Below the pieces are notes generated by a model. That model saw nothing but the letters and a program-made list of their open reading frames with translations. It was not told where the DNA came from and did not search any database. 64,000 nucleotides of DNA, taken from assembly GCA_003219415.1 (NCBI GenBank), contig QHOS01000017.1, forward strand, positions 42,006-106,005, written 5' to 3'. This stretch comes from Verrucomicrobiota bacterium (GTDB taxonomy: Bacteria; Verrucomicrobiota; Verrucomicrobiia; Chthoniobacterales; UBA10450). Positions 18,593 through 27,597 of the stretch are shown here, piece after piece. The first letter of the stretch is position 1. Every line of letters starts with the position of its first letter. Made by a program: the position numbers and the translations under genes.

Positions 18593-19531
18593 TTATTCGT
18601 GCTTCATCATTCCTTTTGGGAACGTCGGTCGCATTTTTGCTACTGCAACAAACCCGAGACCAATCGCGATCAGGAAGAACGAAAAAAATTGGCCTCGCGT
18701 GAAGGGACCGACCAGTGTCGCGTCGGGTTCGCGGAAATATTCGATTACGATCCGAAAAATCGCGTACCAAATAAAGAACAATCCGGTCAAAACGCCATTC
18801 GGCTCACGCCTGCGCGTACGTACGAACCACAAAATCGCGAAAAGAACGACTCCTTCAAAAAAAGCCTCGTAGAGCTGGGAGGGATGGCGCGGCGAAATGA
18901 TTGAGCGCAACGCAGTTGCTACTTGCGGTTGGCGAACTGCGCCGACGATTGCATCGGGCGTGGTGAGCGATGGATCAATTCGAACGCATGTCGCGACCGC
19001 GCGCTCGGCTTCCTGAGGATGATCGAATAGTTCCTTGGGGAATTGCATCGCCCAGGGGATTTTCGTCATCCGCCCATAAAGTTCGCCGTTGATGAAATTC
19101 GCGCAGCGCCCAAAGAACAAACCAATTGGCGCGGTCACAACCAGATTATCGCCAAGATTTGTCCACGAGATTTCGTGTCGGTACGCGTAGTACAAAGTGA
19201 AAAGCAACAGACCAAGCATTCCGCCGTGGCTGGACATTCCGCCCTCCCAAACGCGAAAGATCGACAGCGGCTCGCGCAACATTTCGGGTTTGTAGAAGAA
19301 AACGTAGCCGAGGCGCCCACCGATGATTACGCCAAACAGCGCGCAGCCCGTGATGAAGTCGCCGACACGTTGCGGGGGCAGATCTGCGTATCCGCGTTTG
19401 GCCAGCCAGTGGAACAACAGATAGCCGCAGATAAATGCAAGCACATAGGCCAGACCGTACCATCGCGGCCCAACGTTATCGTAAATGCGAAAGATAATCG
19501 GATCGAGATTGTGCAGATAATATGCGAGCAT
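18593..19531 (-). CDS. lgt: prolipoprotein diacylglyceryl transferase
   Basis: Internal start MLAYYLHNLDPIIFRI...RWYGLAYVLAFICGYLL...GGRLGYVFFY...WEGGMSSHGG...GRCANFINGELYGR...HPSQLYEA, canonical Lgt motifs. Confidence 0.9.
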   Translation of the reverse strand: MLAYYLHNLDPIIFRIYDNVGPRWYGLAYVLAFICGYLLFHWLAKRGYADLPPQRVGDFITGCALFGVIIGGRLGYVFFYKPEMLREPLSIFRVWEGGMSSHGGMLGLLLFTLYYAYRHEISWTNLGDNLVVTAPIGLFFGRCANFINGELYGRMTKIPWAMQFPKELFDHPQEAERAVATCVRIDPSLTTPDAIVGAVRQPQVATALRSIISPRHPSQLYEAFFEGVVLFAILWFVRTRRREPNGVLTGLFFIWYAIFRIVIEYFREPDATLVGPFTRGQFFSFFLIAIGLGFVAVAKMRPTFPKGMMKHE

Positions 19532-19578
19532 TGCGCCGATTGTCCGTGATGTCCGCAAGACTCGCAACGAAAACGCGC

Positions 19579-19686
19579 GTCATCCCGAACGAATGTGAGG
19601 GACCTCCCAAAGGTGATCGACCACGCAGTCTCCTCTGAGTAACGGCGGCTTCGATTGTGTGGTCCTTCGCTTCGCTCAGGATGACC
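19579..19686. repeat. palindromic REP/MITE-like element, family 1 (termini GTCATCCyGArCG...CGyTCrGGATGAC), copy A
   Basis: gtcatcccgaacgaatgtgagggacctc...gtggtccttcgcttcgctcaggatgac. The terminal and subterminal inverted repeats are shared with copy B at 22373-22456. It lies between lgt and uvrA and contains the uvrA stop codon. Confidence 0.75.
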
Positions 19687-22600
19687 GTGCTGTTTTGGCG
19701 CGCGATGCGTCCAAAATCTTTCGCAAAAACGGCGCGGTGCGGCTGACACGGTTCTTTGCAACGTGTTCCGGCGTCCCGCAGGCGACGACTTCGCCTCCAT
19801 CCGCGCCAGCTTCTGGGCCAAGATCAACAATGTAATCGGCCTCTGCGATCACGCTGAGATTGTGCTCGATGACAATTACCGTGTTTCTTTCGTCGACGAG
19901 CCGATGCAGCACGCTGAGAAGCAATTCAATATCGGCCATGTGCAGGCCGATCGTTGGTTCCTCTAGCAAATACAATGTCGAGCCCGGTTTGCGCATTTTG
20001 CGGATCCGCTCGTCGGCCGCCCGACCGACACCACGCTTGAGTTGTGTGACTAGCTTCAGTCGCTGCGCTTCGCCGCCGCTCAGCGTTGGACTCGGTTGTC
20101 CCAGCTTGAGATAGCCTAATCCCGTATCGACCAGCAAAGAAAGCGGCCTCGCAATTTTCGGGTGCGCCGAAAAGAATTCGGCCGCTTCTTCGATCGTCAT
20201 TTCCATCACATCGCCGATCGATTTGTCGTTGTAGAGTACTTCAAGCGTTTGCGGATTGTAACGTTTGCCGCCGCAGTCTTCGCATGGCACGTAGCTGCGC
20301 GGCAGAAAATTCATCTCCAGTTTGATTACGCCCTGACCCTTGCAAGTCTCGCAACGACCACCTTCGGCGTTGAACGAGAATCGACTGGCAGAATATCCGC
20401 GCACACGGGAGACAGGTAATTGCGCGTAAAGATTCCGGATCTCGTCGAACACTTTGACGTAGGTCCCCGGCGTCGAGCGCGATGTCTTACCGATGGGTGA
20501 TTGATCGACCTCATAAACAGCTTCGATCTCTTGCGCGCCACTAACCAGTTTGAATAGATCGCCATTTCCCGCGCGTTTTCTTTGTTTCAGCTGCTCGCAC
20601 ACCGCAGGCCAAATTACCTCGTGCATCAATGTGGATTTGCCGCTGCCGGAAATTCCGGTGATCACTGAAAGCCTGCCAAGAGGGAAACGAACATCGATAT
20701 CTTTCAAATTATTCGCGCTCGCGCCGCGGACTTCGATCCAGTCTCCAACATCGCGTAACGACCGGCGCGATCCGCGGATGGGATGGTGAGATGGCGATTT
20801 CAGGCAGCGCGCCGTTTCTGAATCTGAGTTCCTTTCCACGTCGCGCAGCGTGCCGCTCGCCACGACTTCTCCGCCGTGAATCCCTGCACGCGGTCCAAGA
20901 TCGACGATGTGATCGGCTCGCCGCATGGTTTCCTCATCGTGCTCGACAATAATGAGTGAGTTTCCTTTGTTCCGCAGCGCGGTGAGCGTGTCCAGCAAGC
21001 GCAGGTTATCGCGCGGATGGAGACCGATCGTCGGCTCATCGAGTACGTAAAGGACGCCACGGAGGTTTGAGCCTAACTGCGCAGCCAATCGGATTCGCTG
21101 GGATTCTCCGCCGCTTAAAGTTTTCGCCGAGCGCCCAAGCGCAAGATAGCCAAGGCCCACCTTCTCCATGAAACGCAATCGCTGCTGTATTTCCGGAACG
21201 AGACCGACAGCGATTGTTTGATGCGTTCCCCGGAACTTCAATCTATCAACCTTGCGAGCTGCTTCGCTGGCCGAAAGATTCGTGAATTGATCGATTGTAT
21301 AACCCTGGACACGCACGTGACGCGCCACGGCGTTCAGACGCGAGCCGTGACAACTCGGGCATTCGTGCGCCTCGCCTTCGTCGATCCATTCCGATTCGCG
21401 CTCGGCGGCGAGCTCTGCTTCCAGAACCGATTCACCGTCTGGGTTGGCAGCCGTTTGCAGATCCTGATCCCAGATCTCGCCGAATCCGCCGCATTCTTCA
21501 CACGCGCCGTGAGGCGAATTAAACGAAAACAACCGCGGATCGAGCTCCTCGAATGCGCGGCCACAGTTTGGGCAGCTCATTTCGGTGCTCATGACTGAGA
21601 GCCTGTTTTTTGAATCAAGCAGACGACCCGTGCCGCGGCCGATCTCCAGTGCCCGACGAACGACGTCGCGCGTCTCCGCAATTCGCTTTCGATCGATGAG
21701 ACCAACGACTACATCGATCGTATGCTCTTTGAATCGCTCCAATTTTCGAAAATCCGGGACAGCAACCACTTTCCCATCCACATACAGCGTATCGAATCCC
21801 TGGCGTTCCGCCCATCGCGCGACTTCGGTATGAAAACCTTTTCGAGCCTTGACCAATGGCGCGAGCACTCTCACCGGTCCGCGTTTCGCTGTTGATTCGA
21901 TTTGCTTGGTAATGGCAGCGAGACTTTGTTTCTCCACCGGCAAATTGCAGTCCGGGCAAAACTGCGTCCCGGTTTTTGCGAAAAGCAGCCGAAGAAAGTG
22001 ATAAACCTCTGTCACTGTCGCGACCGTCGATTTACCTCCGCCGCGTGTGACCCGTTGCTCAATCGCGACACTGGGAGGCAGTCCGCTGACTAAATCGACA
22101 TCCGGTTTTTCCAGCTGCTCCACGAATTGCCGTGCATAGGGCGACATGCTGTCGAGGAAACGCCGTTGTCCTTCCGCGAAGAGAATATCAAATGCGAGCG
22201 TAGATTTCCCGGAGCCACTCAGGCCGGTGATAACCACCATTCGTTCCCTCGGGATTTTGACATCGATGTTTTTCAAATTGTGCTCGCGGGCGCCATGGAC
22301 TTGGATTGCGCCATTCACCCGATTTAGTCGAAAACTGGGAGCGTCCTCAGCGGCTCGGGCTATTTCCACCTCGTCATCCTGAGCGTAGGCGAAGGATCCC
22401 TCCAACTCGCGTGCTGCTTTGCGAGGTCCCTCGCCGTCTTTGCGGCTCGGGATGACATGCAGCTTTTTCCGAGGTTGTGTGAACATTTTTTGTAAAAAGT
22501 GTCCGGTGTGTGATGCGCTCGCCTTTGCGATTTGCTCTGGAGTTCCAACCGCCACCACATCGCCGCCGGTGTCTCCGGCGTCGGGGCCAAGATCGACAAT

Positions 22601-25591
22601 CCAATCGGCGCACTTGATCACTTCGAGATTGTGCTCGATCACCATGATGGAATGACCGCGACCGACCAGCCGCTGAAATAGCTGCAGCAGCATCGCCACG
22701 TCATCGAAGTGAAGTCCCGTGGTTGGTTCATCGAAGATAAACAAATTTCCGCGTGGCATCGGCATCCTGCCGGTCGGAAATTGGCCGGAAGCCAATGCCA
22801 CGACGTTTTCTGTTTTGCGCAAATGACCGACCAGTTTGAGACGCTGGGATTCACCACCGGAAAGGGTGTTGAGAGGTTGCCCCAATCGCAGGTACCCGAG
22901 CCCGACTTCCTCAAGCACGCTGAGCGGTTCGGACAGGGTCCTGTCCTCGCCGATTTGCGCGAAAAATTCGATCGATTCGCTTACGGTGAGCTTAAGCAGA
23001 TCGTGGATTGATTTTCCGTGCAGTCGAACTTTCAGAACATGCGGTTGAAATCGTTTGCCTTCGCATTCTGCGCAGCGCACGAAAAGATCGCTTAAAAATT
23101 GCATCTCAATTTTCTCGTATCCTGTGCCGGAGCAACGCTCGCAACGGCCGCTGCCGGAATTAAACGAGAATGTCCCCGCTGTGAGTCCCTGCGACATTGC
23201 TTCCGGTTGAGCGGCGAACAATTCACGAACGCGATCGTAAAGCCCCAGATAAAGCAGCGGCGTTGACCGAGGCGTCCGCGCAAGTGGTGCCTGATCGACC
23301 ATGATCACGTCCCGGATGCGATGCGCGCCGGCGACCGATTTGCACGCGCCGGCCTCTTGATCAGACGACTGCCCCTTCGCGACCAGCAGATTCCGATAGA
23401 GTACATCGTGAATCAGCGTGGATTTCCCGGAACCGGAAACGCCGGTGACACATGTGAATACGCCCAGCGGAAGTTCGACATCGATGTTCTTCAGGTTGTG
23501 TTGTTGCGCGCCGACAATCTTGACGGATGCGAACCATTTTCTCCGCGACTTTGGCACCGAAATCGATTTGCGATTCGTTAGGTAATCACGCGTAAGTGAT
23601 TGGGGAGCGCGGGCGCCTCGCCCGCTCTTTTCGGTGCCCCCGCCGAAAAGACGACCCGTGTCCCGCGAGGCGCGTGACACAGCGGACGAGGCGCCCGCGC
23701 TCCCCAGATTTCCGCCGTCACATTCGAGAAAATCCTCGAGCGCTCCGTTCCAAACTAATTCGCCGCCGTGTTCGCCGCGGCCCGGGCCGATATCGATTAA
23801 ATTGTCAGCAGCGCGAATGATTTGTTCCTCGTGCTCGACCACGAGCAGTGTATTGCCTTTGTCCCGCAAGGTGTGCATCACTCGTACCAGCCGGCCAACG
23901 TCGCGCGGATGCAAACCCACGCTTGGCTCATCCATGACGAACAGCGTGTTGACCAACGATGCACCGAGACATGTTGTGAGGTTCACCCGTTGCACTTCGC
24001 CGCCGCTCAAAGTGCGCGTGGAACGGTCCAGTGTTAGATAGCCAACCCCGACTTCGCAGAGATAATTGAGGCGCGCACAGATTTCGTCGCGCAACATTCG
24101 CCCGGTCGAATCGTTCGACGGAATCTCGATCGCCGTCAGGAAATTGCGGGCATCCAAGATCGAAAGCGCCTGGAATTCGGGAAGCGTCAGCTGCGCCGGC
24201 GCTGTGCGAGGACTGTTCCGGCGGTCACGCACCACCACGACGATTTTATAATTGAGCGCGTCGGGCTGGTATCTTCCCCCGTTGCACCTCGGGCAGGTGA
24301 CGTAAGCCCGATAGCGGCTGAGCAACACCCGCACATGCATCTTGTACGTCTTGCTTTCAAGCCACCGGAAGAAGCCGCGCACCCCATACCAGCGATCATC
24401 TTCGTAATCTTCTCCTGTATAATCGCCTGATCGTTTCTCGCCTTCGATGACGAAGTCCTGGTCGGCCTTCGGCATTTCTTCGAATGGAACGTCGATATCG
24501 ATCTCGTTCCGTGCGCAGGCTCGAAGCAAATCTTTCTGAGATTCGCCAAACTCGGCACCGCGAAAAACGCGCACCACGCCTTGTTTGATGCTAAGACCGC
24601 GATTTGGAATCGCTTTGTTTAGATCGATTGCGATGGTACGACCAAAACCTCGACATTCCGGACACGCACCCAGTGGATTGTTGAAACTGAACAGGCCGGG
24701 TGTAGGCGGGCGAATGTCGAGATCGCAATGCGCACAATGCCACCCGGTGGAGAATGGGAGTTCGTGATCGGGGATCGGTGATTCGTGATCAGTTCTGCGT
24801 TGAAGATTGGGCGTTTGGGGTTGGGCGTTTTGTGAAAGAGCAATAATGTTGATCTTGCCCTTCCCAAAGCGCAGCGCGGTTTCAATTGCCTCGATTAATC
24901 GTGCGCGGTTTTCCTCCGAGATTGCGATGCGATCCTGGATAACCTGCACACGCGCGCCAAGTCGGTTGAACTTTGGATCGACGTCGACGCGTACGATTTG
25001 GTTGTCGATCCAGACGCGCAGGTAACCCTGCTGCTGGAGGAAATCGAAGAACTTCCGCGGGTCAGTCTTCGACGGAACAGGAACCCAGAAAGTGATGAGA
25101 ACAGTTTTCCCAGAGCAGTCGTGCAACACCTGGTGACTAATTGACTGTGCGGTTTCAGGGCGAATTTCCCGGCTGCAGCTCGGACAGAACGCTCGAGCAA
25201 CGCGCGGCCAGAGCAATTTCAGATAATCGTTGATCTCCGTCATCGTGCCGACGCTAGAGCGGGAGCTCTTGACAGGGTTCGCCTGCTCGATGGCAATCGC
25301 GGGAGGGATGCCGCGGATGTCGTCGACGCGCGGCTTGTCCATGCGGTCGAGAAATTGCCGCATATACGGGCTGAATGTTTCGACGTAACGTCGTTGGCCT
25401 TCAGCGTAAATCGTCTCGAACGCCAGACTTGATTTGCCGCTGCCGCTGGGACCTGTGACGACCGTTAATTTCCCCAGGGGAAGATCGACGTCGATTCCTT
25501 TGAGATTGTTCTGACGCGCCCCACGAATCTCAATACAATCCTTCGCGCTCGGCGTTGTGACGCGCTTGTTTTTCGCAATCTTCGAACCCAC
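19676..25591 (-). CDS. uvrA: tandem-fused excinuclease ABC subunit A paralogue (UvrA-UvrA, four ABC ATPase modules)
   Basis: Single 1971-aa ORF. Four Walker A sites ([48 protein letters not shown]) and four LSGGE signatures. UvrA-type Cys4 zinc modules occur in both halves. Each half starts with the UvrA N-terminal pattern (I.I.GAR.[NH]NLK.IDV..P) and ends with a UvrA-type C-terminus (SHTGHFLQKMF / SRTAPFLRKIL). Confidence 0.9.
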   Translation of the reverse strand: MGSKIAKNKRVTTPSAKDCIEIRGARQNNLKGIDVDLPLGKLTVVTGPSGSGKSSLAFETIYAEGQRRYVETFSPYMRQFLDRMDKPRVDDIRGIPPAIAIEQANPVKSSRSSVGTMTEINDYLKLLWPRVARAFCPSCSREIRPETAQSISHQVLHDCSGKTVLITFWVPVPSKTDPRKFFDFLQQQGYLRVWIDNQIVRVDVDPKFNRLGARVQVIQDRIAISEENRARLIEAIETALRFGKGKINIIALSQNAQPQTPNLQRRTDHESPIPDHELPFSTGWHCAHCDLDIRPPTPGLFSFNNPLGACPECRGFGRTIAIDLNKAIPNRGLSIKQGVVRVFRGAEFGESQKDLLRACARNEIDIDVPFEEMPKADQDFVIEGEKRSGDYTGEDYEDDRWYGVRGFFRWLESKTYKMHVRVLLSRYRAYVTCPRCNGGRYQPDALNYKIVVVVRDRRNSPRTAPAQLTLPEFQALSILDARNFLTAIEIPSNDSTGRMLRDEICARLNYLCEVGVGYLTLDRSTRTLSGGEVQRVNLTTCLGASLVNTLFVMDEPSVGLHPRDVGRLVRVMHTLRDKGNTLLVVEHEEQIIRAADNLIDIGPGRGEHGGELVWNGALEDFLECDGGNLGSAGASSAVSRASRDTGRLFGGGTEKSGRGARAPQSLTRDYLTNRKSISVPKSRRKWFASVKIVGAQQHNLKNIDVELPLGVFTCVTGVSGSGKSTLIHDVLYRNLLVAKGQSSDQEAGACKSVAGAHRIRDVIMVDQAPLARTPRSTPLLYLGLYDRVRELFAAQPEAMSQGLTAGTFSFNSGSGRCERCSGTGYEKIEMQFLSDLFVRCAECEGKRFQPHVLKVRLHGKSIHDLLKLTVSESIEFFAQIGEDRTLSEPLSVLEEVGLGYLRLGQPLNTLSGGESQRLKLVGHLRKTENVVALASGQFPTGRMPMPRGNLFIFDEPTTGLHFDDVAMLLQLFQRLVGRGHSIMVIEHNLEVIKCADWIVDLGPDAGDTGGDVVAVGTPEQIAKASASHTGHFLQKMFTQPRKKLHVIPSRKDGEGPRKAARELEGSFAYAQDDEVEIARAAEDAPSFRLNRVNGAIQVHGAREHNLKNIDVKIPRERMVVITGLSGSGKSTLAFDILFAEGQRRFLDSMSPYARQFVEQLEKPDVDLVSGLPPSVAIEQRVTRGGGKSTVATVTEVYHFLRLLFAKTGTQFCPDCNLPVEKQSLAAITKQIESTAKRGPVRVLAPLVKARKGFHTEVARWAERQGFDTLYVDGKVVAVPDFRKLERFKEHTIDVVVGLIDRKRIAETRDVVRRALEIGRGTGRLLDSKNRLSVMSTEMSCPNCGRAFEELDPRLFSFNSPHGACEECGGFGEIWDQDLQTAANPDGESVLEAELAAERESEWIDEGEAHECPSCHGSRLNAVARHVRVQGYTIDQFTNLSASEAARKVDRLKFRGTHQTIAVGLVPEIQQRLRFMEKVGLGYLALGRSAKTLSGGESQRIRLAAQLGSNLRGVLYVLDEPTIGLHPRDNLRLLDTLTALRNKGNSLIIVEHDEETMRRADHIVDLGPRAGIHGGEVVASGTLRDVERNSDSETARCLKSPSHHPIRGSRRSLRDVGDWIEVRGASANNLKDIDVRFPLGRLSVITGISGSGKSTLMHEVIWPAVCEQLKQRKRAGNGDLFKLVSGAQEIEAVYEVDQSPIGKTSRSTPGTYVKVFDEIRNLYAQLPVSRVRGYSASRFSFNAEGGRCETCKGQGVIKLEMNFLPRSYVPCEDCGGKRYNPQTLEVLYNDKSIGDVMEMTIEEAAEFFSAHPKIARPLSLLVDTGLGYLKLGQPSPTLSGGEAQRLKLVTQLKRGVGRAADERIRKMRKPGSTLYLLEEPTIGLHMADIELLLSVLHRLVDERNTVIVIEHNLSVIAEADYIVDLGPEAGADGGEVVACGTPEHVAKNRVSRTAPFLRKILDASRAKTARSS
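22373..22456. repeat. palindromic REP/MITE-like element, family 1, copy B (inside the uvrA-uvrA linker, in frame)
   Basis: gtcatcctgagcgtaggcgaaggatccctc...gaggtccctcgccgtctttgcggctcgggatgac, 84 bp. It is translated on the minus strand as ...HVIPSRKDGEGPRKAARELEGSFAYAQDDE... Confidence 0.75.
23602..23705. repeat. GC-rich palindromic element, family 2 (19-bp perfect terminal inverted repeats), in frame inside uvrA module 1
   Basis: The left arm ggggagcgcgggcgcctcg (23602-23620) is the exact reverse complement of the right arm cgaggcgcccgcgctcccc (23687-23705). There is an inner hairpin cttttcgg/ccgaaaag. It is translated as GSAGASSAVSRASRDTGRLFGGGTEKSGRGARAPQ. Confidence 0.8.
24761..24830. 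repeat. short direct-repeat/low-complexity insert inside uvrA module 1
   Basis: ttcgtgatc occurs at 24761 and 24782, and ttgggcgttt at 24807 and 24821. The region encodes NAQPQTPNLQRRTDHESPIPDHELP. Confidence 0.5.
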
Positions 25592-25639
25592 TGGAAATAT
25601 TCGCTGCCAGTCAAGCAGTTCGCAAATTTTCCGGGCAAA

Positions 25640-25663
25640 GCGGGCGAGGCGCCCGCGCTCCCC
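25640..25663. repeat. solo arm of the family 2 GC-rich palindromic element (intergenic uvrA/pckG)
   Basis: gcgggcgaggcgcccgcgctcccc is the exact 24-nt reverse complement of 23602-23625. Confidence 0.8.
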
Positions 25664-25677
25664 ACGGATTACGAGCT

Positions 25678-27483
25678 CTACTCGTTAAATCGCGCGACGA
25701 GCTGTTCGCGTTGTTTCTGTAATTCTTCCGGAACCACCCCCCCGAGCGAGTCGAAAAACATCTTGTGCTCGGCGAGTTCTTTTTGCCATTCCTCGTGATC
25801 GATTCCGAGAAGATCGGCGACAGATTTATGGTCGATATCCAGCTCTTCCAAGTCGAGATCGTGTGGGCTCGGCAACCAGCCAACGGGCGATTTGAGCGCG
25901 CCGCCTGTCTGTTCGCAGCGATCAATGACCCATTTGAGCACTCGCATGTTCTCGCCGAAGCCCGGCCAGAGGAATTTTCCATTCTCGCCTTTGCGGAACC
26001 AGTTCACGTTGAAGATGAGCGGCGGATTGGTGAGACGTTTGCCGATGTCCATCCAATGCCGGAAATAATCGCCGATGTTGTATCCGCAGAAAGGCAACAT
26101 CGCCATGGGATCGCGCCGGACTTTGCCGACCGTGCCCGTCGCGGCTGCGGTCGTCTCTGAGGCCATTGTAGCTCCAAGATAAACGCCGTGATTCCAATCG
26201 AATGCCTCGTAAACCAAAGGCACCGTGTCACTGCGGCGACCGCCGAAAATGATCGCGCTGATCGGAACCCCTTCGCCTTTTTCAACGTCGGGATCCAGAG
26301 CAGGATTATTGCGCATCGGCGTGGCGAACCGACTGTTTGGATGCGCGGCTTTTTCCTTGGAATCGGGCGTCCAATCGTTCCCGCGCCAGTCGATGGCATG
26401 CTTCGGCGGCGCGCCATCTTTTCCTTCCCACCAAACGTCGTTGTCATCAGTGAGCGCGACATTGGTATAAAGCGTGTGGTGCTCGATCGATTTCATCGCG
26501 TTCGGATTCGATTTGTAACTCGTGCCGGGAACTACGCCGAAATAACCGTTCTCGGGATTCACAGCGAACAAACGCCCGTCGCGAATTTCCATCCACGCGA
26601 TGTCATCGCCGACGGTCGTCACTTTCCACCCATTGAAGTGCGCGGGCGGAATCAACATTGCGAAATTGGTTTTGCCGCAGGCGCTGGGGAATGCGGCAGC
26701 GACGTAATGTTTTCTTCCTTCGGGCGATTCAACGCCGAGAATCAGCATGTGCTCCGCCATCCAGCCTTGCTTACGCGCGAGATACGAGCCAATGCGCAGC
26801 GCGAAACATTTCTTGCTTAGTAAAACGTTCCCGCCGTATCCAGAACCGATCGAGATAATCGTGTTGTCCTGGGGAAAATGACAGATGAACCGCCGATCCG
26901 GATCGACATCTAACAACGAATGCACGCCACGATTCCATTCCGCTTTTGGATCGTTGCCCAGGCGTTTCAGCGCGATCTTACCCATGCGTGTCATGATTCG
27001 CATGCTGAGCACCACGTATTTTGAATCGGTAATTTCGAACCCAACTTTCGTTAGCGGCGAATCGGGTGGTCCCATGATGTAAGGCACGACAAACATGGTG
27101 CGTCCACGCATCGCGCCATCCAGCAGTCCATATAACTTTGAATATGTGTCTGCCGGATCCGACCAGTTGTTTGTTGGTCCCGCTTCCTCTTTGGTCGGCG
27201 TACAAATGAATGTGACCTTCTCGACGCGCGCGACGTCGTTCGGGTTGGATCGGTGCAAATACGAGCGCGGAACCTTTTTCTCGTTCAGCTTAATCAGCAC
27301 GTTCTGCTTTAACGATTCTGCAATCAAAAATTCATTCTCGCGCTCGGAACCGTCGCACCAGAAAATGTTCTCCGGTTTTGTCAGATTTCCGATTTCGTGC
27401 ACCCAATCGAGCACCGCCTGGTTCGTCGGCTTCGTGTCGCCGATTCCATTGGGTGGGAATATGGCAGGTGCGATATTTTTCAT
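25678..27483 (-). CDS. pckG: phosphoenolpyruvate carboxykinase (GTP)
   Basis: 601 aa with hallmark GTP-PEPCK motifs: AAFPSACGKTNFAML, GDDIAWM, YFGVVPGTS, NWFRKGENGKFLWPGFGENMRVLKW. Confidence 0.95.
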   Translation of the reverse strand: MKNIAPAIFPPNGIGDTKPTNQAVLDWVHEIGNLTKPENIFWCDGSERENEFLIAESLKQNVLIKLNEKKVPRSYLHRSNPNDVARVEKVTFICTPTKEEAGPTNNWSDPADTYSKLYGLLDGAMRGRTMFVVPYIMGPPDSPLTKVGFEITDSKYVVLSMRIMTRMGKIALKRLGNDPKAEWNRGVHSLLDVDPDRRFICHFPQDNTIISIGSGYGGNVLLSKKCFALRIGSYLARKQGWMAEHMLILGVESPEGRKHYVAAAFPSACGKTNFAMLIPPAHFNGWKVTTVGDDIAWMEIRDGRLFAVNPENGYFGVVPGTSYKSNPNAMKSIEHHTLYTNVALTDDNDVWWEGKDGAPPKHAIDWRGNDWTPDSKEKAAHPNSRFATPMRNNPALDPDVEKGEGVPISAIIFGGRRSDTVPLVYEAFDWNHGVYLGATMASETTAAATGTVGKVRRDPMAMLPFCGYNIGDYFRHWMDIGKRLTNPPLIFNVNWFRKGENGKFLWPGFGENMRVLKWVIDRCEQTGGALKSPVGWLPSPHDLDLEELDIDHKSVADLLGIDHEEWQKELAEHKMFFDSLGGVVPEELQKQREQLVARFNE

Positions 27484-27597
27484 GAAATGAGGGTGTCCAT
27501 CTTAAGCATGAATGAACAGCTTCGCCATGTCGAATCGTTGAACGGTTAAATCGTTTTCCTGTCGGCAACGGCGTAAGAATCTTACGAATCATGAATC

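Noticed and set aside
19327-19830. 167-aa minus-strand ORF spanning the lgt start, the spacer and the uvrA end
   Set aside because: It is created by read-through of the palindromic repeat element (..HPERSEGP..) and overlaps two well-supported genes in other frames.
25611-25982. 123-aa minus-strand ORF overlapping the 3' end of pckG and the solo repeat arm
   Set aside because: It is an out-of-frame overlap with a very well-supported PEPCK gene, and its C-terminus is the translated repeat arm (..GARAPRP..).
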